Assembly (NCBI GenBank): GCA_050633285.1
Contig: JBOEGG010000001.1
Location: forward strand, 456,134 to 520,133
Direction: 5' to 3'
Source of the DNA: Alphaproteobacteria bacterium
GTDB taxonomy: Bacteria; Pseudomonadota; Alphaproteobacteria; Micavibrionales; Micavibrionaceae
DNA: 64,000 nt
The position numbers and the translations under genes are program-made. A model generated the notes under the pieces. That model searched no databases. It had not been told where the DNA came from and worked only from the letters and a program-made list of their open reading frames with translations. Positions 27,023 to 38,493 of the stretch are shown here, in pieces; position 1 is the first letter of the stretch, and each line of letters opens with the position of its first letter.

Positions 27023-27871
27023 TTAATCACGAAGCAATTCATTAACGCCTGTTTTGCTGCGTGTTCGTTCATCAACACGTTTCACGATAACTGCACAAGC
27101 AAGGTTCGGCCCCGGTGTACCATCAGGCAATGGCTTACCCGGCAATGTGCCCGGAACAACAACAGAATATGCAGGAACACGCCCTTGGAATATTTCGCCT
27201 GTTGTGCGGTCAATAATTTTGGTTGATGCACCAAGGAAAACACCCATAGAGATAACAGCGCCCGTTTCAATAACCATACCTTCGGCAACTTCTGAACGTG
27301 CGCCAACGAAAACATTATCTTCAATAATCACCGGTTCTGCCTGAAGAGGTTCAAGTACACCGCCAATACCAACACCGCCGGAAATGTGACAATTTGCACC
27401 AACTTGTGCGCATGATCCAACTGTTGACCATGTGTCAATCATTGTGCCTTCGCCAACATATGCACCAACATTCAAGAAACATGGCATAAGAACCGCGTTT
27501 GGAGCAACATAGGAAGAGTGACGAACGATAGAGTCAGGAACTGCGCGGAAGCCTGCCTTTTTAAATTCTTTTTCGCCCCATCCGACAAACTTGCTATCAA
27601 CTTTGTCATACCAGTTTGCCATACCCGGGCCACCGGAAATAATCTGGTTTTCATTTAAACGGAAAGAAAGAAGAACGGCTTTTTTAAGCCACTGATGCAC
27701 AACCCAACCATTATCAGACGGGCTGGCAACACGTAATGTCCCGTTATCAAGAAGAGCAAGAGCTTGTGTAACCGCGTCGCGTTGTTCGCCTTGCGTATCT
27801 GTACTTATAGAATCACGACCATCCCATGCAGCGTCGATTGTTTTTTGTAGATGTGCGTAAGTATCAGCCAT
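27023..27871 (-). CDS. dapD: 2,3,4,5-tetrahydropyridine-2,6-dicarboxylate N-succinyltransferase
   Basis: Hexapeptide-repeat (LbH) sequence with a DapD-like N-terminal domain; start set at MADTYAHLQ with a purine-rich RBS. Confidence 0.85.
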   Translation of the reverse strand: MADTYAHLQKTIDAAWDGRDSISTDTQGEQRDAVTQALALLDNGTLRVASPSDNGWVVHQWLKKAVLLSFRLNENQIISGGPGMANWYDKVDSKFVGWGEKEFKKAGFRAVPDSIVRHSSYVAPNAVLMPCFLNVGAYVGEGTMIDTWSTVGSCAQVGANCHISGGVGIGGVLEPLQAEPVIIEDNVFVGARSEVAEGMVIETGAVISMGVFLGASTKIIDRTTGEIFQGRVPAYSVVVPGTLPGKPLPDGTPGPNLACAVIVKRVDERTRSKTGVNELLRD

Positions 27872-27923
27872 GATCTCTCTCTTCTTTTTATGCATAAATA
27901 AAACAAACTCGTTGCAATTCAAC

Positions 27924-28925
27924 ATGAAGAGCGTTCAAAATCAAGCGATGATGAAACAAAAGTCCGTAAAAAATCAATCGCGCTGTACAATCGAGTGGAG
28001 CACCGCACCGCAAAGTCAATGGCTTGCGGGCATTGAACGTGTGAAAAATGCGAATTTATTACAATCATTTGATTACGGGGTAACTCTGGCGCGCTTGAAT
28101 AATCAGCGATTGCGTTATGGCGTAATTTCTATTGAGGGAACATCTGTGGGTTTGGTTCAAATTCTGGAAATCGGGATTTTAAAAAACACAATCCATGCTG
28201 TGATTTTGGATCGTGGGCCTATTTGGTTTGAGGGGCATGGCTCTTTAGATGACTTCAAACAATTTTTGGAATGTCTCTCTCGGGAGTTCCCTAAGCGAAT
28301 TGGACGGCGTATTCGCTTTATTCCTGAAGTTGAAAGCACGCAAAGCGTTAAAACACTCCTACAGGAATATGGTTATAAGCCTGCATCACAAAAGGGTTAT
28401 CAGACAATTTGGCTAGATCTGCGATCATCGTTGGAAGAGCTGCGCACAAATCTGAAGTCTAAATGGCGTAATATGTTGCGCAAGGCGGAAAAGCAAGGGC
28501 TGGAAGTTGTCTGGAGTGATGAGGGGAAAAACTTTTCATGGCTCATGACAAATTACGAACGAGATAAAAGGGATAAGGGCTATGATGGTGCGTCCCTTAA
28601 AACACTGGTGGCTATGGCGGGGCAATTCTCCCGTGGGAAAAACATGCTGATTGGAACTGCGTTATTGGATAATGAACCAATCGCCGCTATTATGCTGCTA
28701 AATCATGGCAAAGCTTCGACGTATCAGATTGGCTATACATCCGAGACAGGACGTCAAAAATGCGCGCATCATTTGTTGTTATGGAGTGCGCTTCAGGAAT
28801 TAAAGGAAAGAGGTATCAATGATTTCGATTTGGGGGGCGTCAATGGCGAAAGCGCAAAAGGCGTCAAAACCTTCAAAGAAGGCATGGGAGGCAGGCTCTA
28901 TGAAACGCCCGGGCTCTATCATTAA
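27924..28925 (+). CDS. FemAB-like / GNAT-fold acyltransferase-family protein
   Basis: FemABX-type layout; divergent from dapD. Start uncertain (ATG 27924, 27948 or 27951). Confidence 0.45.
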   Translation: MKSVQNQAMMKQKSVKNQSRCTIEWSTAPQSQWLAGIERVKNANLLQSFDYGVTLARLNNQRLRYGVISIEGTSVGLVQILEIGILKNTIHAVILDRGPIWFEGHGSLDDFKQFLECLSREFPKRIGRRIRFIPEVESTQSVKTLLQEYGYKPASQKGYQTIWLDLRSSLEELRTNLKSKWRNMLRKAEKQGLEVVWSDEGKNFSWLMTNYERDKRDKGYDGASLKTLVAMAGQFSRGKNMLIGTALLDNEPIAAIMLLNHGKASTYQIGYTSETGRQKCAHHLLLWSALQELKERGINDFDLGGVNGESAKGVKTFKEGMGGRLYETPGLYH

Positions 28926-29787
28926 ATCTCTTTATATCGGTGCATTTATGGGCGCATTACTCTTTTCTGTGCCTGTTTCTGCAGAAGAAGAGCAAAAAAA
29001 GGCAGATAAAAACGCATTTCACTATCAAAAAATGAATTTTGACGTATATGCGGGTGGTGTTCACGCCGTAAATGCGAATATGGAGATGGATTTTCGTGAA
29101 AAAGGACGATATTCCATGATTTTTGGTGCAAAAACGCGTGGGCTTCTTGGCTCTCTTGCACCGTGGGAAGGAACATTTGAGTCTGAAGGTTGGGCATTTA
29201 AGGATGGTCGCCGTGTACCAGAACTTCATGAATCCGTTGCAATGTGGCGCGATGAGCGCGAAGTGAAGAGCTATAATTATTCCAAAGATGGTGGGTTTCA
29301 GGATTTAACTGTCTTGTATAAACACAAAAAACCTAAGAAAAAAATCCCTGATGAAGAACTGACAAAAGGCACAACAGATGCACTAACGGCCACGATATTG
29401 GTGATGGAACATGTCTCCGATGGTGGGAAATGTGAGGGCGAGAATGAGGTTTATGATGGTAAGCGTCGTTATAAACTTATCTTCCGTCATACACAGTTCG
29501 TAATGCTTAAGAAGAATAGGTACAGTGCCTATAGTGGTCCTGCTGCCGAATGTACGGTAGAGGTAGAGCCTGTTGCGGGAGCATGGCATAAAAAGCCACG
29601 TGGTTGGCTTTCCATTCAGGAGCAGGGGCGTGATCGTGGTATGATGCCAACTGTCTGGCTTGCACAAGTTGTCGAAAATGCAGTTGTCGTGCCAGTCCGT
29701 GTGCGTGTAAAAACGGCATACGGCACGTTATTTATGCATATGAACCGTTATGAAAGCGGCGATACGATCCTAAAATCTGAAAAATAA
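28900..29787 (+). CDS. Secreted hypothetical protein (DUF3108-like)
   Basis: GGGAGG RBS; signal peptide [28 protein letters not shown]; 26-nt overlap with the upstream gene. Confidence 0.5.
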   Translation: MKRPGSIIKSLYIGAFMGALLFSVPVSAEEEQKKADKNAFHYQKMNFDVYAGGVHAVNANMEMDFREKGRYSMIFGAKTRGLLGSLAPWEGTFESEGWAFKDGRRVPELHESVAMWRDEREVKSYNYSKDGGFQDLTVLYKHKKPKKKIPDEELTKGTTDALTATILVMEHVSDGGKCEGENEVYDGKRRYKLIFRHTQFVMLKKNRYSAYSGPAAECTVEVEPVAGAWHKKPRGWLSIQEQGRDRGMMPTVWLAQVVENAVVVPVRVRVKTAYGTLFMHMNRYESGDTILKSEK

Positions 29788-29883
29788 GCAGTTCCGTAAT
29801 ACCCTCTTACAAAAACTTATTGCCTTTGCTAAGCTAGGGGAATAAATACACATTTGTGCAAATAAAAAGAAACGAAGTAATTC

Positions 29884-31230
29884 ATGACAAAGAGTAATCC
29901 ATTAGCCGTTATTATCCTCGCTGCCGGTAAAGGTACGCGTATGAAATCGGATAAACCGAAAGTCATGCATGAGGTTCTTGGCTTGCCGATGGTAAACTGG
30001 ATTTTAAAATCGGTTGAGAAGCTTTCTCCCGATGAAGTGTGTGTGGTTGTCGGAAAAGATATGGATGATTTGGTTGAGGCCGTAGAACCACATCAAACAG
30101 TTGTGCAGGAAAAGCAAACCGGAACAGGCAGTGCGCTGCAATGTGCTCTTGAACAGCTAAAAGATTTTTCAGGCGATATATTGGTTTTACTTGGTGATAC
30201 ACCATTAATTTCTGTTGAAACAATGCAAGGGTTAATCGCCGCGCGTCATACCGATGATAAAACAGCTATTTCTGTGTTAGGGGTGGAGCTTGAGAACCCA
30301 ACAGGCTATGGGCGTTTGTTATTAAGTCAAGATGGAAGCCTAAAAGGAATCCGTGAGGAAAAAGACGCCAGTGATGAAGAGCGTAAAATTCGTATCGTAA
30401 ATACCGGCGCATTTTGCTTGGACGCAGATGGTGCGAAAAGTTGGGTGAATGAGCTGGGTAATACAAACGCACAAGGCGAATATTATATTACTGATCTTCC
30501 TGAAATTGCGCAGAAGAAAGATGGTTTGAAAACATCTGTAGCCGTTACATATAATCCGGCCGAGGTACAAGGGTGCAATACTCGTCTTGATCTCGCAGAA
30601 ATCGAAGCAAATGCGCAAAAGAAGCTACGTGAGGAATCTATTCTAAGCGGTGTGATTATGCAGGATCCACAGACCGTATATTTACACCATGATACGGTGA
30701 TTGGTGAGGGCACGTTGATTGAACCGAATGTGTATTTCGGTAAGAGTGTTACAATAGGTGAAAACGTGCATATTAAAGCCTTCTGTCATTTCGAAGGTGC
30801 AGTGATAAAGAATAACGCCATTGTCGGGCCATTTGCACGACTGCGCCCCGGTACAAATATCGGGCAGGATGTGCGTATCGGTAATTTTGTTGAAATTAAA
30901 AAATCACAAATTGGCGACCGCAGCAAAATATCTCACCTTGGTTATGTAGGTGATACGATCATGGGTGATGATGTTAATTTCAGCTGTGGTGCGATTACTG
31001 TTAATTATGATGGTTTCCAAAAACACCAAACGGTGATTGGCAAAGGTGTGATGGTTGGCAGTAATGTAAATCTTGTCGCGCCTGTAACATTGGATGATGG
31101 CGCATTTATTGCGGCCGGATCAACAATTACCACAGATGTACCGGCTGATGCTCTGTCAGTAGAGCGCGGTAAGGCTGAAGTACGTGCAGGGTGGGCGGTT
31201 GAATACCGCAAGCGTAAAGCAGACAAATAA
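29884..31230 (+). CDS. glmU: Bifunctional UDP-N-acetylglucosamine pyrophosphorylase / glucosamine-1-phosphate N-acetyltransferase
   Basis: LAAGKGTRMKS nucleotidyltransferase motif; C-terminal hexapeptide LbH domain. Confidence 0.9.
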   Translation: MTKSNPLAVIILAAGKGTRMKSDKPKVMHEVLGLPMVNWILKSVEKLSPDEVCVVVGKDMDDLVEAVEPHQTVVQEKQTGTGSALQCALEQLKDFSGDILVLLGDTPLISVETMQGLIAARHTDDKTAISVLGVELENPTGYGRLLLSQDGSLKGIREEKDASDEERKIRIVNTGAFCLDADGAKSWVNELGNTNAQGEYYITDLPEIAQKKDGLKTSVAVTYNPAEVQGCNTRLDLAEIEANAQKKLREESILSGVIMQDPQTVYLHHDTVIGEGTLIEPNVYFGKSVTIGENVHIKAFCHFEGAVIKNNAIVGPFARLRPGTNIGQDVRIGNFVEIKKSQIGDRSKISHLGYVGDTIMGDDVNFSCGAITVNYDGFQKHQTVIGKGVMVGSNVNLVAPVTLDDGAFIAAGSTITTDVPADALSVERGKAEVRAGWAVEYRKRKADK

Positions 31231-31328
31231 TACGTTCTGTCAATCAGGTCTTCCTTATTTCTCTTGACAATCAAGGCGCGAAACTGAATATATTGCCATA
31301 ATATTTTTTTAGGGTGGTAACGCCCTGT

Positions 31329-32672
31329 ATGCTTTACTTTATGATGGAGATTTTTGTGGATTTGAATATAGAACTGATTGTTGTTGGCTTTATTGGGTTA
31401 ATTATCCTTACGGTTTTTCTCGCGTTTCTTTTGCGCCGCGTTGTGCCAACGAATGAAGTGCATATTGTTCAATCCAGAAAAGCGACCAGATCTTACGGTA
31501 AGGATACGAAAAACGGAAATACATATTATGAATGGCCAACATGGATACCTATTTTTGGTATTACAAAGATCGGTATGCCGATGTCTGTCTTCGATGTGCA
31601 GCTTGAAGCATATGAAGCCTATGATGTCGGTCGCGTTCCTTTTGTTGTTGATATCGTTGCATTCTTCCGTATCGCAGACAGTAACCTTGCGGCGCAACGT
31701 GTAGAAAGTTTTCAGGATTTAGAGAGTCAGCTCCGTTCAATCGTTCAGGGTGCTGTGCGTACTATCCTCGCATCTCATGATATTGATAAAATTATGCTAG
31801 AGCGTAGCGTTTATGGTGAACAATTTACCGAGGCTGTGAGCAACCAGTTAACCAGCTGGGGTGTTGTGCCGGTTAAGAACATTGAGTTGATGGATATCCG
31901 TGATGCTTTTGACAATCGTGTCATTCATAACATCATGGAAAAGAAAAAGTCCCTGATTGAAATGCAAAGTCGTGTCGAAGTCGCAGATAATATTAAGAAC
32001 GCTGAGGTCGCGGAGATCGAAGCACGTCGTGAACGCGATGTTAAAGATCAACAAGCCTTACAAATTGTTGGAGAACGTACTGCGGAAAAGGATCAGGCCG
32101 TCGGTATCGCAAATGAAAGAGCCGCTCAGGATATTACAGAGCAACAACGCGTCACAAAAGAAAAAGAGATGGCCGTCGTGCAAGTAAATGATGTTCAGCG
32201 CGCAGAAATTACGCGTGAGATGAACATCGTTAAGGCAGATGAAGACAAGCAAGCAATGGTTTTACGTGCACAAGGTGATCTGGAAGCGAAAAAGCGCGAA
32301 GCAGAAGGTATCGCGGTTGAAGGTAACGCACGCGCAGATGCAGAGCGCGCAATGCAGTTGGCCCCTGTAGAAGCGCAAATTGTTCTGGCAAAAGAAATCG
32401 GTAGCAATGCAGGATATCAGGATTACTTGGTTACAATTCGCGCCGTTGAAGCGAACGAAATTGTAGGCGTTGAACAGGCGCAAGCACTGACGGCGGCAGA
32501 TTTGAAGGTTATCACAAATGCAGGCGATCCTGTGGGCGGCGTATCCAAGATGATGGATTTATTCTCTGCCAAGGGTGGTACAGAAGTGGCCGCAATGTTC
32601 GAAGCTCTCGGTCAGTCTGAACAAGGTCAGGCTCTGTTTGATAAATTCGGTATTAAGCGCGAGAAAGATTAA
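31329..32672 (+). CDS. Flotillin-like SPFH/band-7 protein
   Basis: N-terminal TM, SPFH domain, long EA-rich coiled coil; AGGGTGG RBS before ATG 31329. Confidence 0.75.
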   Translation: MLYFMMEIFVDLNIELIVVGFIGLIILTVFLAFLLRRVVPTNEVHIVQSRKATRSYGKDTKNGNTYYEWPTWIPIFGITKIGMPMSVFDVQLEAYEAYDVGRVPFVVDIVAFFRIADSNLAAQRVESFQDLESQLRSIVQGAVRTILASHDIDKIMLERSVYGEQFTEAVSNQLTSWGVVPVKNIELMDIRDAFDNRVIHNIMEKKKSLIEMQSRVEVADNIKNAEVAEIEARRERDVKDQQALQIVGERTAEKDQAVGIANERAAQDITEQQRVTKEKEMAVVQVNDVQRAEITREMNIVKADEDKQAMVLRAQGDLEAKKREAEGIAVEGNARADAERAMQLAPVEAQIVLAKEIGSNAGYQDYLVTIRAVEANEIVGVEQAQALTAADLKVITNAGDPVGGVSKMMDLFSAKGGTEVAAMFEALGQSEQGQALFDKFGIKREKD

Positions 32673-32697
32673 AGTGCGAAACGCCAAGCTGGAGAAT

Positions 32698-32722
32698 TAG
32701 GCCTCGTTTGAGGCCTTTTTTT
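32698..32722 (+). terminator. Rho-independent terminator
   Basis: AGGCCTC-gtttg-AGGCCT followed by T7. Confidence 0.6.
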
Positions 32723-32833
32723 ATAGATACTTGTAGATATCTGTCATTTTGAAACATTCCGTAAAACTTCGTGATTTGAGTTTTCCTGATTTTGAATTAG
32801 GATGCACCGCATCGTGTTTAGGAGAAATATTAT

Positions 32834-34663
32834 ATGTGCGGAATTTTTGGAATTATCGGTGAACAACAAGTTGCCCCTTTATTGCTTGAGGGGTTAAAGC
32901 GTCTTGAGTATCGTGGATATGACTCTTCTGGCATTGCATCTCTTTCTAATGGTCATATTGAACGCCGCCGCGCCGAGGGAAAGTTAGTTAACCTTGTGAA
33001 GAAGGTGGACGAAACACCGCTTGCCGGGACAGTTGGTATCGGGCACACACGCTGGGCGACACATGGTTTACCGAATGAGCGTAACGCTCATCCGCATGCA
33101 ACAGATAAAGTTGCTGTTGTTCATAATGGTATCATCGAAAATTATGCTGCATTAAAATCTGAGCTGGAGCAATCGGGCGTATGTTTTGAAACTGAAACAG
33201 ATACAGAAGTTATCGTGCATTTGGTCACACGCCTTTTAGGTGAGGGGCATGAGCCTGTTGCCGCCGCGAATGCGGCTATGGATCAATTAGAAGGCGCATT
33301 TGCGCTTGTCATGATCTTTGCCGGGCATCATGATTTAATGGTTGGTTGTCGCCAAGGTACCCCGCTTGCGGTTGGCTATGGTGAGGGTGAAATGTTCGTC
33401 GCCTCGGACTCATACTCCCTTGCACCACTCACAAAGAAGATATGCTTTTTAGAAGATGGTGACCGTATCACTGTGTCACGTGATACAGTAGAAATTTACG
33501 ATAAGGATAAGCATCCGCAAAAACGTGATGTGCGTATAACTGAGCAATCCGGCGCCGCCACTGGCAAGGGCGAATATAAGCACTTTATGCTCAAAGAAAT
33601 ATATGAGCAGCCTGCCGTTATCGGTGAAACGTTGAACTCTTATGTGAATGCTTCAACAGGAAAAATAACAATTCCGGATGACATTTTAAACACACTTATT
33701 GCCGCGCCGCGCCTGACATTGGTGGCATGCGGTACGGCATATTATGCGTGTATGGTCGCAAAATACTGGTTCGAGCAGATTGCACGAATCCCATGTGAAA
33801 TAGATGTGGCGAGTGAGTTTAGATACCGCGAAGCACCTATGCCTGAGGGCGGCGTTGCTGTCTTCATATCTCAATCGGGTGAAACGCTCGATACATTGGA
33901 AGCCCTGCGTTATTGTAAACGTGAAGGTCAACAAATCCTCTCTATTGTTAATACGATCGAAAGTACGATTGAGCGGGAATCAGATTTTGTACTGCATACT
34001 TTGGCGGGGCCGGAGATTGGTGTTGCATCCACTAAAGCCTTCACAACACAGATCACAACATTAGCCTGTATTGCGTTGGCATCTGCACGTAAAAAAGGGT
34101 CTATAACGAAAGAAGTAGAGCAAGAAATGGCCGAAGCTCTGCGCCATGTTCCAACAATTGCTGCGGATATATTGCAACATGATGAGGCAATCCGTACAAT
34201 CGCTAAAGATGTTGCGGAAGCACGTGATGTCTTATATTTGGGGCGCGGTAGCCTATATCCGATCGCTCTAGAAGGTGCGCTCAAGCTCAAAGAGATATCC
34301 TACATCCATGCCGAGGGTTATGCATCCGGTGAAATGAAACATGGGCCGATTGCATTAATTGATGACTCTGTTCCTGTTGTTGTGATCGCACCGGAAAATG
34401 ATCCTATGTTTGAAAAAAATGTTTCGAACATTCAGGAAACTGTTGCACGTGGTGGTAAGGTATTCTTGATCTCAGATGAAAAAGGTGCGCTCGCATTGAA
34501 AGATCAATCAACATGGAGCGTGGCAACAGGTGCAGTGCATCCGTTTGTTGCGCCGATCTTGTATTCTATACCGGTGCAGCTTCTCTCATATCACGTTGCA
34601 GTGTTAAAAGGGACTGATGTCGATCAGCCAAGAAATCTCGCGAAATCTGTGACAGTAGAATAA
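32834..34663 (+). CDS. glmS: Glutamine--fructose-6-phosphate aminotransferase
   Basis: MCGIFGIIG N-terminal nucleophile; two SIS domains; C-terminal …KSVTVE. Confidence 0.95.
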   Translation: MCGIFGIIGEQQVAPLLLEGLKRLEYRGYDSSGIASLSNGHIERRRAEGKLVNLVKKVDETPLAGTVGIGHTRWATHGLPNERNAHPHATDKVAVVHNGIIENYAALKSELEQSGVCFETETDTEVIVHLVTRLLGEGHEPVAAANAAMDQLEGAFALVMIFAGHHDLMVGCRQGTPLAVGYGEGEMFVASDSYSLAPLTKKICFLEDGDRITVSRDTVEIYDKDKHPQKRDVRITEQSGAATGKGEYKHFMLKEIYEQPAVIGETLNSYVNASTGKITIPDDILNTLIAAPRLTLVACGTAYYACMVAKYWFEQIARIPCEIDVASEFRYREAPMPEGGVAVFISQSGETLDTLEALRYCKREGQQILSIVNTIESTIERESDFVLHTLAGPEIGVASTKAFTTQITTLACIALASARKKGSITKEVEQEMAEALRHVPTIAADILQHDEAIRTIAKDVAEARDVLYLGRGSLYPIALEGALKLKEISYIHAEGYASGEMKHGPIALIDDSVPVVVIAPENDPMFEKNVSNIQETVARGGKVFLISDEKGALALKDQSTWSVATGAVHPFVAPILYSIPVQLLSYHVAVLKGTDVDQPRNLAKSVTVE

Positions 34664-34787
34664 TATTTTGTAGTCAAAACATACTCACGTGCACAAAAAT
34701 ACAGGTGTTAACCCGATTTCTATCTGGTTTTCATATGTTTATGTGGTAATGTTTACACTGAATTATTTTCGTGTGTGTGAGGTTAAA

Positions 34788-35615
34788 ATGAAAAAATTGC
34801 TGCAAGCTTCGGTTATTGGTCTTCTGTCTTTATCTGTTTCAACGGCACTTTACGCCAAGAGTGATGATGCACCCGCAAAAGATCATGGATCAGATCATAA
34901 ACAAGAAAAAGCATCTGATACGCATGCAGGTCATGGTGAAATCCATTGGGAATATGATGGCATTGGCGGCCCGAAAAACTGGGGAAAGATTAAAGGGGAA
35001 TACCGCGCATGTCGTTTGGGTAAATTCCAATCTCCTGTTGACCTGAAAGAAACAATTGATGCAGACCTCCCAACACTTGCAATTGATTACAAACCTGTCC
35101 CGCTTACGATTTTAAATAACGGCCATACCGTGCAGGTGAATTACAAACCCGGCAGCACTATGATGGTCGATGGTCAGGTTTTTAATTTGCTGCAATTTCA
35201 TTTCCATACACCAAGTGAACATACGATAAATGGTAAATCATTTGATATGGAATTGCATTTTGTCCATGCAACGAAGGATGGTCGTCTGGGGGTTCTTGGT
35301 GTGATGATCGAAGAAGGTGCATATAACCCGGCAGCACAAAGAATATGGAATCATATGCCAATGCATAAGGCAGATGCAGTGACGCATAAGGGGGTATCAC
35401 TCGACGTTTCGGGCTTGTTGCCAGAGAAAAGGGAATATTTCCGCCTTATGGGATCCTTAACTACTCCACCCTGTAGTGAGGGGGTGAATTGGCATGTTCT
35501 TGCAAAGCCTATTGAATTTTCTGCAAAACAGATTAAAAAGTTCCAACAGGCATTTTCCATGAATGCTCGTCCCGTTCAACCCATCAATTCACGTTTAATC
35601 GTGAAAGATGACTAA
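34788..35615 (+). CDS. Alpha-class carbonic anhydrase, secreted
   Basis: Signal peptide MKKLLQASVIGLLSLSVSTALYA; HWEYDG.GGP.NWG; QFHFHTPSEH…ELHFVH zinc ligands. Confidence 0.85.
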   Translation: MKKLLQASVIGLLSLSVSTALYAKSDDAPAKDHGSDHKQEKASDTHAGHGEIHWEYDGIGGPKNWGKIKGEYRACRLGKFQSPVDLKETIDADLPTLAIDYKPVPLTILNNGHTVQVNYKPGSTMMVDGQVFNLLQFHFHTPSEHTINGKSFDMELHFVHATKDGRLGVLGVMIEEGAYNPAAQRIWNHMPMHKADAVTHKGVSLDVSGLLPEKREYFRLMGSLTTPPCSEGVNWHVLAKPIEFSAKQIKKFQQAFSMNARPVQPINSRLIVKDD

Positions 35616-35683
35616 CCACATAATAATATGCTAATATGATGCTTACTGTGTAGGTATCAACATCTTACATTAGGAGAAACAGA

Positions 35684-37456
35684 ATGTTTCGTAACATTAC
35701 CATCAAACAAAAAGTGATATTTCAATCGGTATCCGGCATAGCTGTCGCGATTCTTCTCGCCGCATTGGGGCTTTATGCCTTAAGTGCCATAGGGGAAAAA
35801 ATGAAGGGTGTTGTTAATGAAGATATCCCTTTAACCAACGCGGTTATGAACATCACACTGCATCAGCTTGAACAGGAAATACATTATGAACGCGCGGCGC
35901 ATTACGCCGAACTACGCCATGATGTAGATAAAAAAGTCGCTGCAAAAGCTCAGAAATATTATGAGGAAGAAAAAGCTGCATTCTTAAAATTAACAACTCA
36001 GGTTGATAATGAGATTCATGAGGCTGAAATATTAACGCAAGAAATTCTCGATCATAATGTTGGTAATGAAAAGATTATCAAAGAATTTACGCATGTTTTA
36101 GATGTTCTGGTTGGGATTGAGCATGAACATAAAGAATTTGATGAACACGTAATTGAAATCTTCACCGCATTTGAAAACGGGAACATCCTGACAGTTGAAA
36201 AACTATCTGAAAAAATTAAACAAGAAGAGCATGATCTTGAAGAACATTTGACAGGATTGTTGAAAGAGCTTGAAATTTTCACAGAAACTGCGGCGCATGA
36301 GGCAGAGAAATTGGAAATGGGTATGTTCCAGTTGCTTGTTACCGTTACTATTATTGCTGCGGCAAGTGCGGCCGTTCTTGCTTACTTACTTGTCCGCTCC
36401 ATTATCGGGCCGTTGGCCTCTATACAAAATTCAATGGTTTCTATGTCCGAAGGTGATTTGGAGACAGAAGTGCCGCAGGCAAAGAATGAAGATGAGATCG
36501 CCGCAATGGCGCGTGCGCTTGAGGTCTTCCGTGAGCAGTCTTTGAAAGCCAGAACTCTGGAAGAGGAGCGTATTAAGTCGGAAGAGCGTGCAGAAGAAGA
36601 AAAGCGTCTTGCGATGATTGAGCTTGCAGAAAGCTTTGATACACAAGTTGGTAGTTTGATTGGCTCTCTGTCCGCTGCTTCGACTGAGCTAGAAGCTACT
36701 GCCGAGGGTATGAAGCAAGTCGCAGATGAAACTAATATGTCTGGGCAAACTGTTGCTTCATCATCAGAGCAGGCAAGCATGAACGTGAATACTGTTGCTG
36801 CGGCGATGGAGGAAATGTCTGCAAGTGCTGCTGAAATTGCACAGCAAGTAACCTTGGCAAAAGGGAAGTCGAACGATACTGCAACGAATGCAAATAGCGC
36901 AAACGATACAGTAAGTAACCTGAATACACTGGTTGAGAATATTGGAGAGGTCGTTGGCTCTATTCAAGATATCGCCGAACAGACCAACCTTCTTGCCTTG
37001 AATGCAACAATCGAGGCTGCGCGCGCAGGTGAAGCGGGTAAAGGCTTTGCCGTTGTTGCGGATGAGGTTAAATCTCTGGCAACAGAAACCAGTAAAAAGA
37101 CCGAAGAGATCAATACTCAGATTGCAGATATTCAGGTCGCGACACGCGAATCTGTTTCTGCGATGGAGCGTATTATTGGTAATATTTCGGAAATTGATGA
37201 ATCGGTTACAACCGTGTCTGCCGCAGTGGAAGAGCAAAATGCAACAACGAGTGAAATCACCCGTAGCGTTGCAGAAGCTTCACAAGGATCTCAACAGGTA
37301 TCCCAGATTATTGTTGATGTGCAACGTGGCGCACAGCAAACGGGTGACTCTGCAGATACTGTCCTAACCGCAGCCAGAGAAGTAGCGCAGCTTTCAGAAA
37401 CTCTGAAAGGCTCGGTCGATGGCTTCTTGGATAATATCCGAAATGGCAACAATTGA
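35684..37456 (+). CDS. Methyl-accepting chemotaxis protein
   Basis: Two TMs, HAMP, conserved MCP signalling hairpin (…[35 protein letters not shown]…). Confidence 0.9.
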   Translation: MFRNITIKQKVIFQSVSGIAVAILLAALGLYALSAIGEKMKGVVNEDIPLTNAVMNITLHQLEQEIHYERAAHYAELRHDVDKKVAAKAQKYYEEEKAAFLKLTTQVDNEIHEAEILTQEILDHNVGNEKIIKEFTHVLDVLVGIEHEHKEFDEHVIEIFTAFENGNILTVEKLSEKIKQEEHDLEEHLTGLLKELEIFTETAAHEAEKLEMGMFQLLVTVTIIAAASAAVLAYLLVRSIIGPLASIQNSMVSMSEGDLETEVPQAKNEDEIAAMARALEVFREQSLKARTLEEERIKSEERAEEEKRLAMIELAESFDTQVGSLIGSLSAASTELEATAEGMKQVADETNMSGQTVASSSEQASMNVNTVAAAMEEMSASAAEIAQQVTLAKGKSNDTATNANSANDTVSNLNTLVENIGEVVGSIQDIAEQTNLLALNATIEAARAGEAGKGFAVVADEVKSLATETSKKTEEINTQIADIQVATRESVSAMERIIGNISEIDESVTTVSAAVEEQNATTSEITRSVAEASQGSQQVSQIIVDVQRGAQQTGDSADTVLTAAREVAQLSETLKGSVDGFLDNIRNGNN

Positions 37457-37494
37457 TTTGATGGCCTAGAGAGCCATAAGTAAATAATTCTAAA

Positions 37495-37518
37495 GCCTGG
37501 CGGTTGTCAGGCTTTTTT
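37495..37518 (+). terminator. Rho-independent terminator after the MCP gene
   Basis: GCCTG-gcggttgt-CAGGC followed by T6. Confidence 0.55.
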
Positions 37519-37632
37519 ATGTCCGATGTTATATCTGGTAAAAGGGAAGGAGAGTGGTGCGGTTATTATCAAGCACGCAAAATAAAAGCCCCTGAACAGG
37601 AGCTTGTAATTTTTTATCTTTAAAAGAAAACG

Positions 37633-37707
37633 TGGAGCGAGTGAAGAGATTCGAACTCTCGGCCCCAACCTTGGCAAGGTTGTGCTCTACCCCTGAGCTA
37701 CACTCGC
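37633..37707 (-). tRNA. tRNA-Gly (anticodon GCC)
   Basis: Hand-folded: acceptor GCGAGTG/CACTCGC, D-arm GCTC…GAGC, anticodon stem CAACC/GGTTG with loop TTGCCAA, T-arm GAGAG-TTCGAAT-CTCTT, encoded CCA. Confidence 0.9.
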
Positions 37708-37771
37708 GCTACACGGTGAAAGGGAATATATATAATTCAGAATGAAATGCAAGTATAAAAAGGAACTTTTT

Positions 37772-38059
37772 TTAAAATAGATTTCCGACCTGAACAAGCG
37801 GAACTTTATATCCGATTGGCTCATGATCGGGGAATAATGAATAGATCATAATATTCGGTGTGCTTTCGACCGGTTGAGTCATATTCTCCGGAATTTCGAA
37901 ATGCATTAACTCATCGCTTGGCTCTTCTTCGTTATTGTAAACAAGCATGAACAGACGCTGATCGCGATAATACTCGACCCGACAAATAATATCGGGAAGC
38001 GGCGTATCACTAACAAGCATCACACCTCCATCATGTAGAAGGCCAAGTTCAATATTCAT
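37772..38059 (-). CDS. Small acidic hypothetical protein (95 aa), downstream member of coupled pair
   Basis: ATG lies 1 nt after the stop of the upstream ORF (TAA-C-ATG); no known motif. Confidence 0.4.
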   Translation of the reverse strand: MNIELGLLHDGGVMLVSDTPLPDIICRVEYYRDQRLFMLVYNNEEEPSDELMHFEIPENMTQPVESTPNIMIYSLFPDHEPIGYKVPLVQVGNLF

Positions 38060-38060
38060 G

Positions 38061-38348
38061 TTAAGTTAAGCCCAAAGAGTTGTCGTAATTCGTTTCAGGT
38101 GAAGCCACTTCAAGGGTTTCTTCCACCACCTGCGCATCCGGCATAGAATCTGTAAATTCTCCTGCGATAACACTTTCCGACCCCGGCATATTGCCAAACA
38201 CTGATAATGTCTCATATCCGCCGGCCAGAGAGTCCATAACGGCTTGATTGTCTAGCAACGCTACACCGTTATCTTCTAAATTTTTAATAAGTTCACTTGC
38301 TTCCACTATTTTGCCCCACAAAAAATAAACGCAATAACATTCTGACAT
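38061..38348 (-). CDS. Small acidic hypothetical protein (95 aa), upstream member of coupled pair
   Basis: Same size as its partner; acidic; no known motif; start may be an internal Met. Confidence 0.35.
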   Translation of the reverse strand: MSECYCVYFLWGKIVEASELIKNLEDNGVALLDNQAVMDSLAGGYETLSVFGNMPGSESVIAGEFTDSMPDAQVVEETLEVASPETNYDNSLGLT

Positions 38349-38493
38349 ATAAATATTAACAATTCCTTATATAAAACACTTTTAATAAAAAAGCAAATTT
38401 TTTGCCATAATACCTGTACGAAAGGATGTATTCGCCTAATCTTTTGTATAGTTAACTCTGGTTATTACTGCGGTAATCAAGTAATTTGCGTGT

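Noticed and set aside
37633-38490. Integrated mobile element at tRNA-Gly
   Set aside because: There is no integrase or recombinase and no visible direct repeat of the tRNA 3' end within the window. Only two small ORFs are present.
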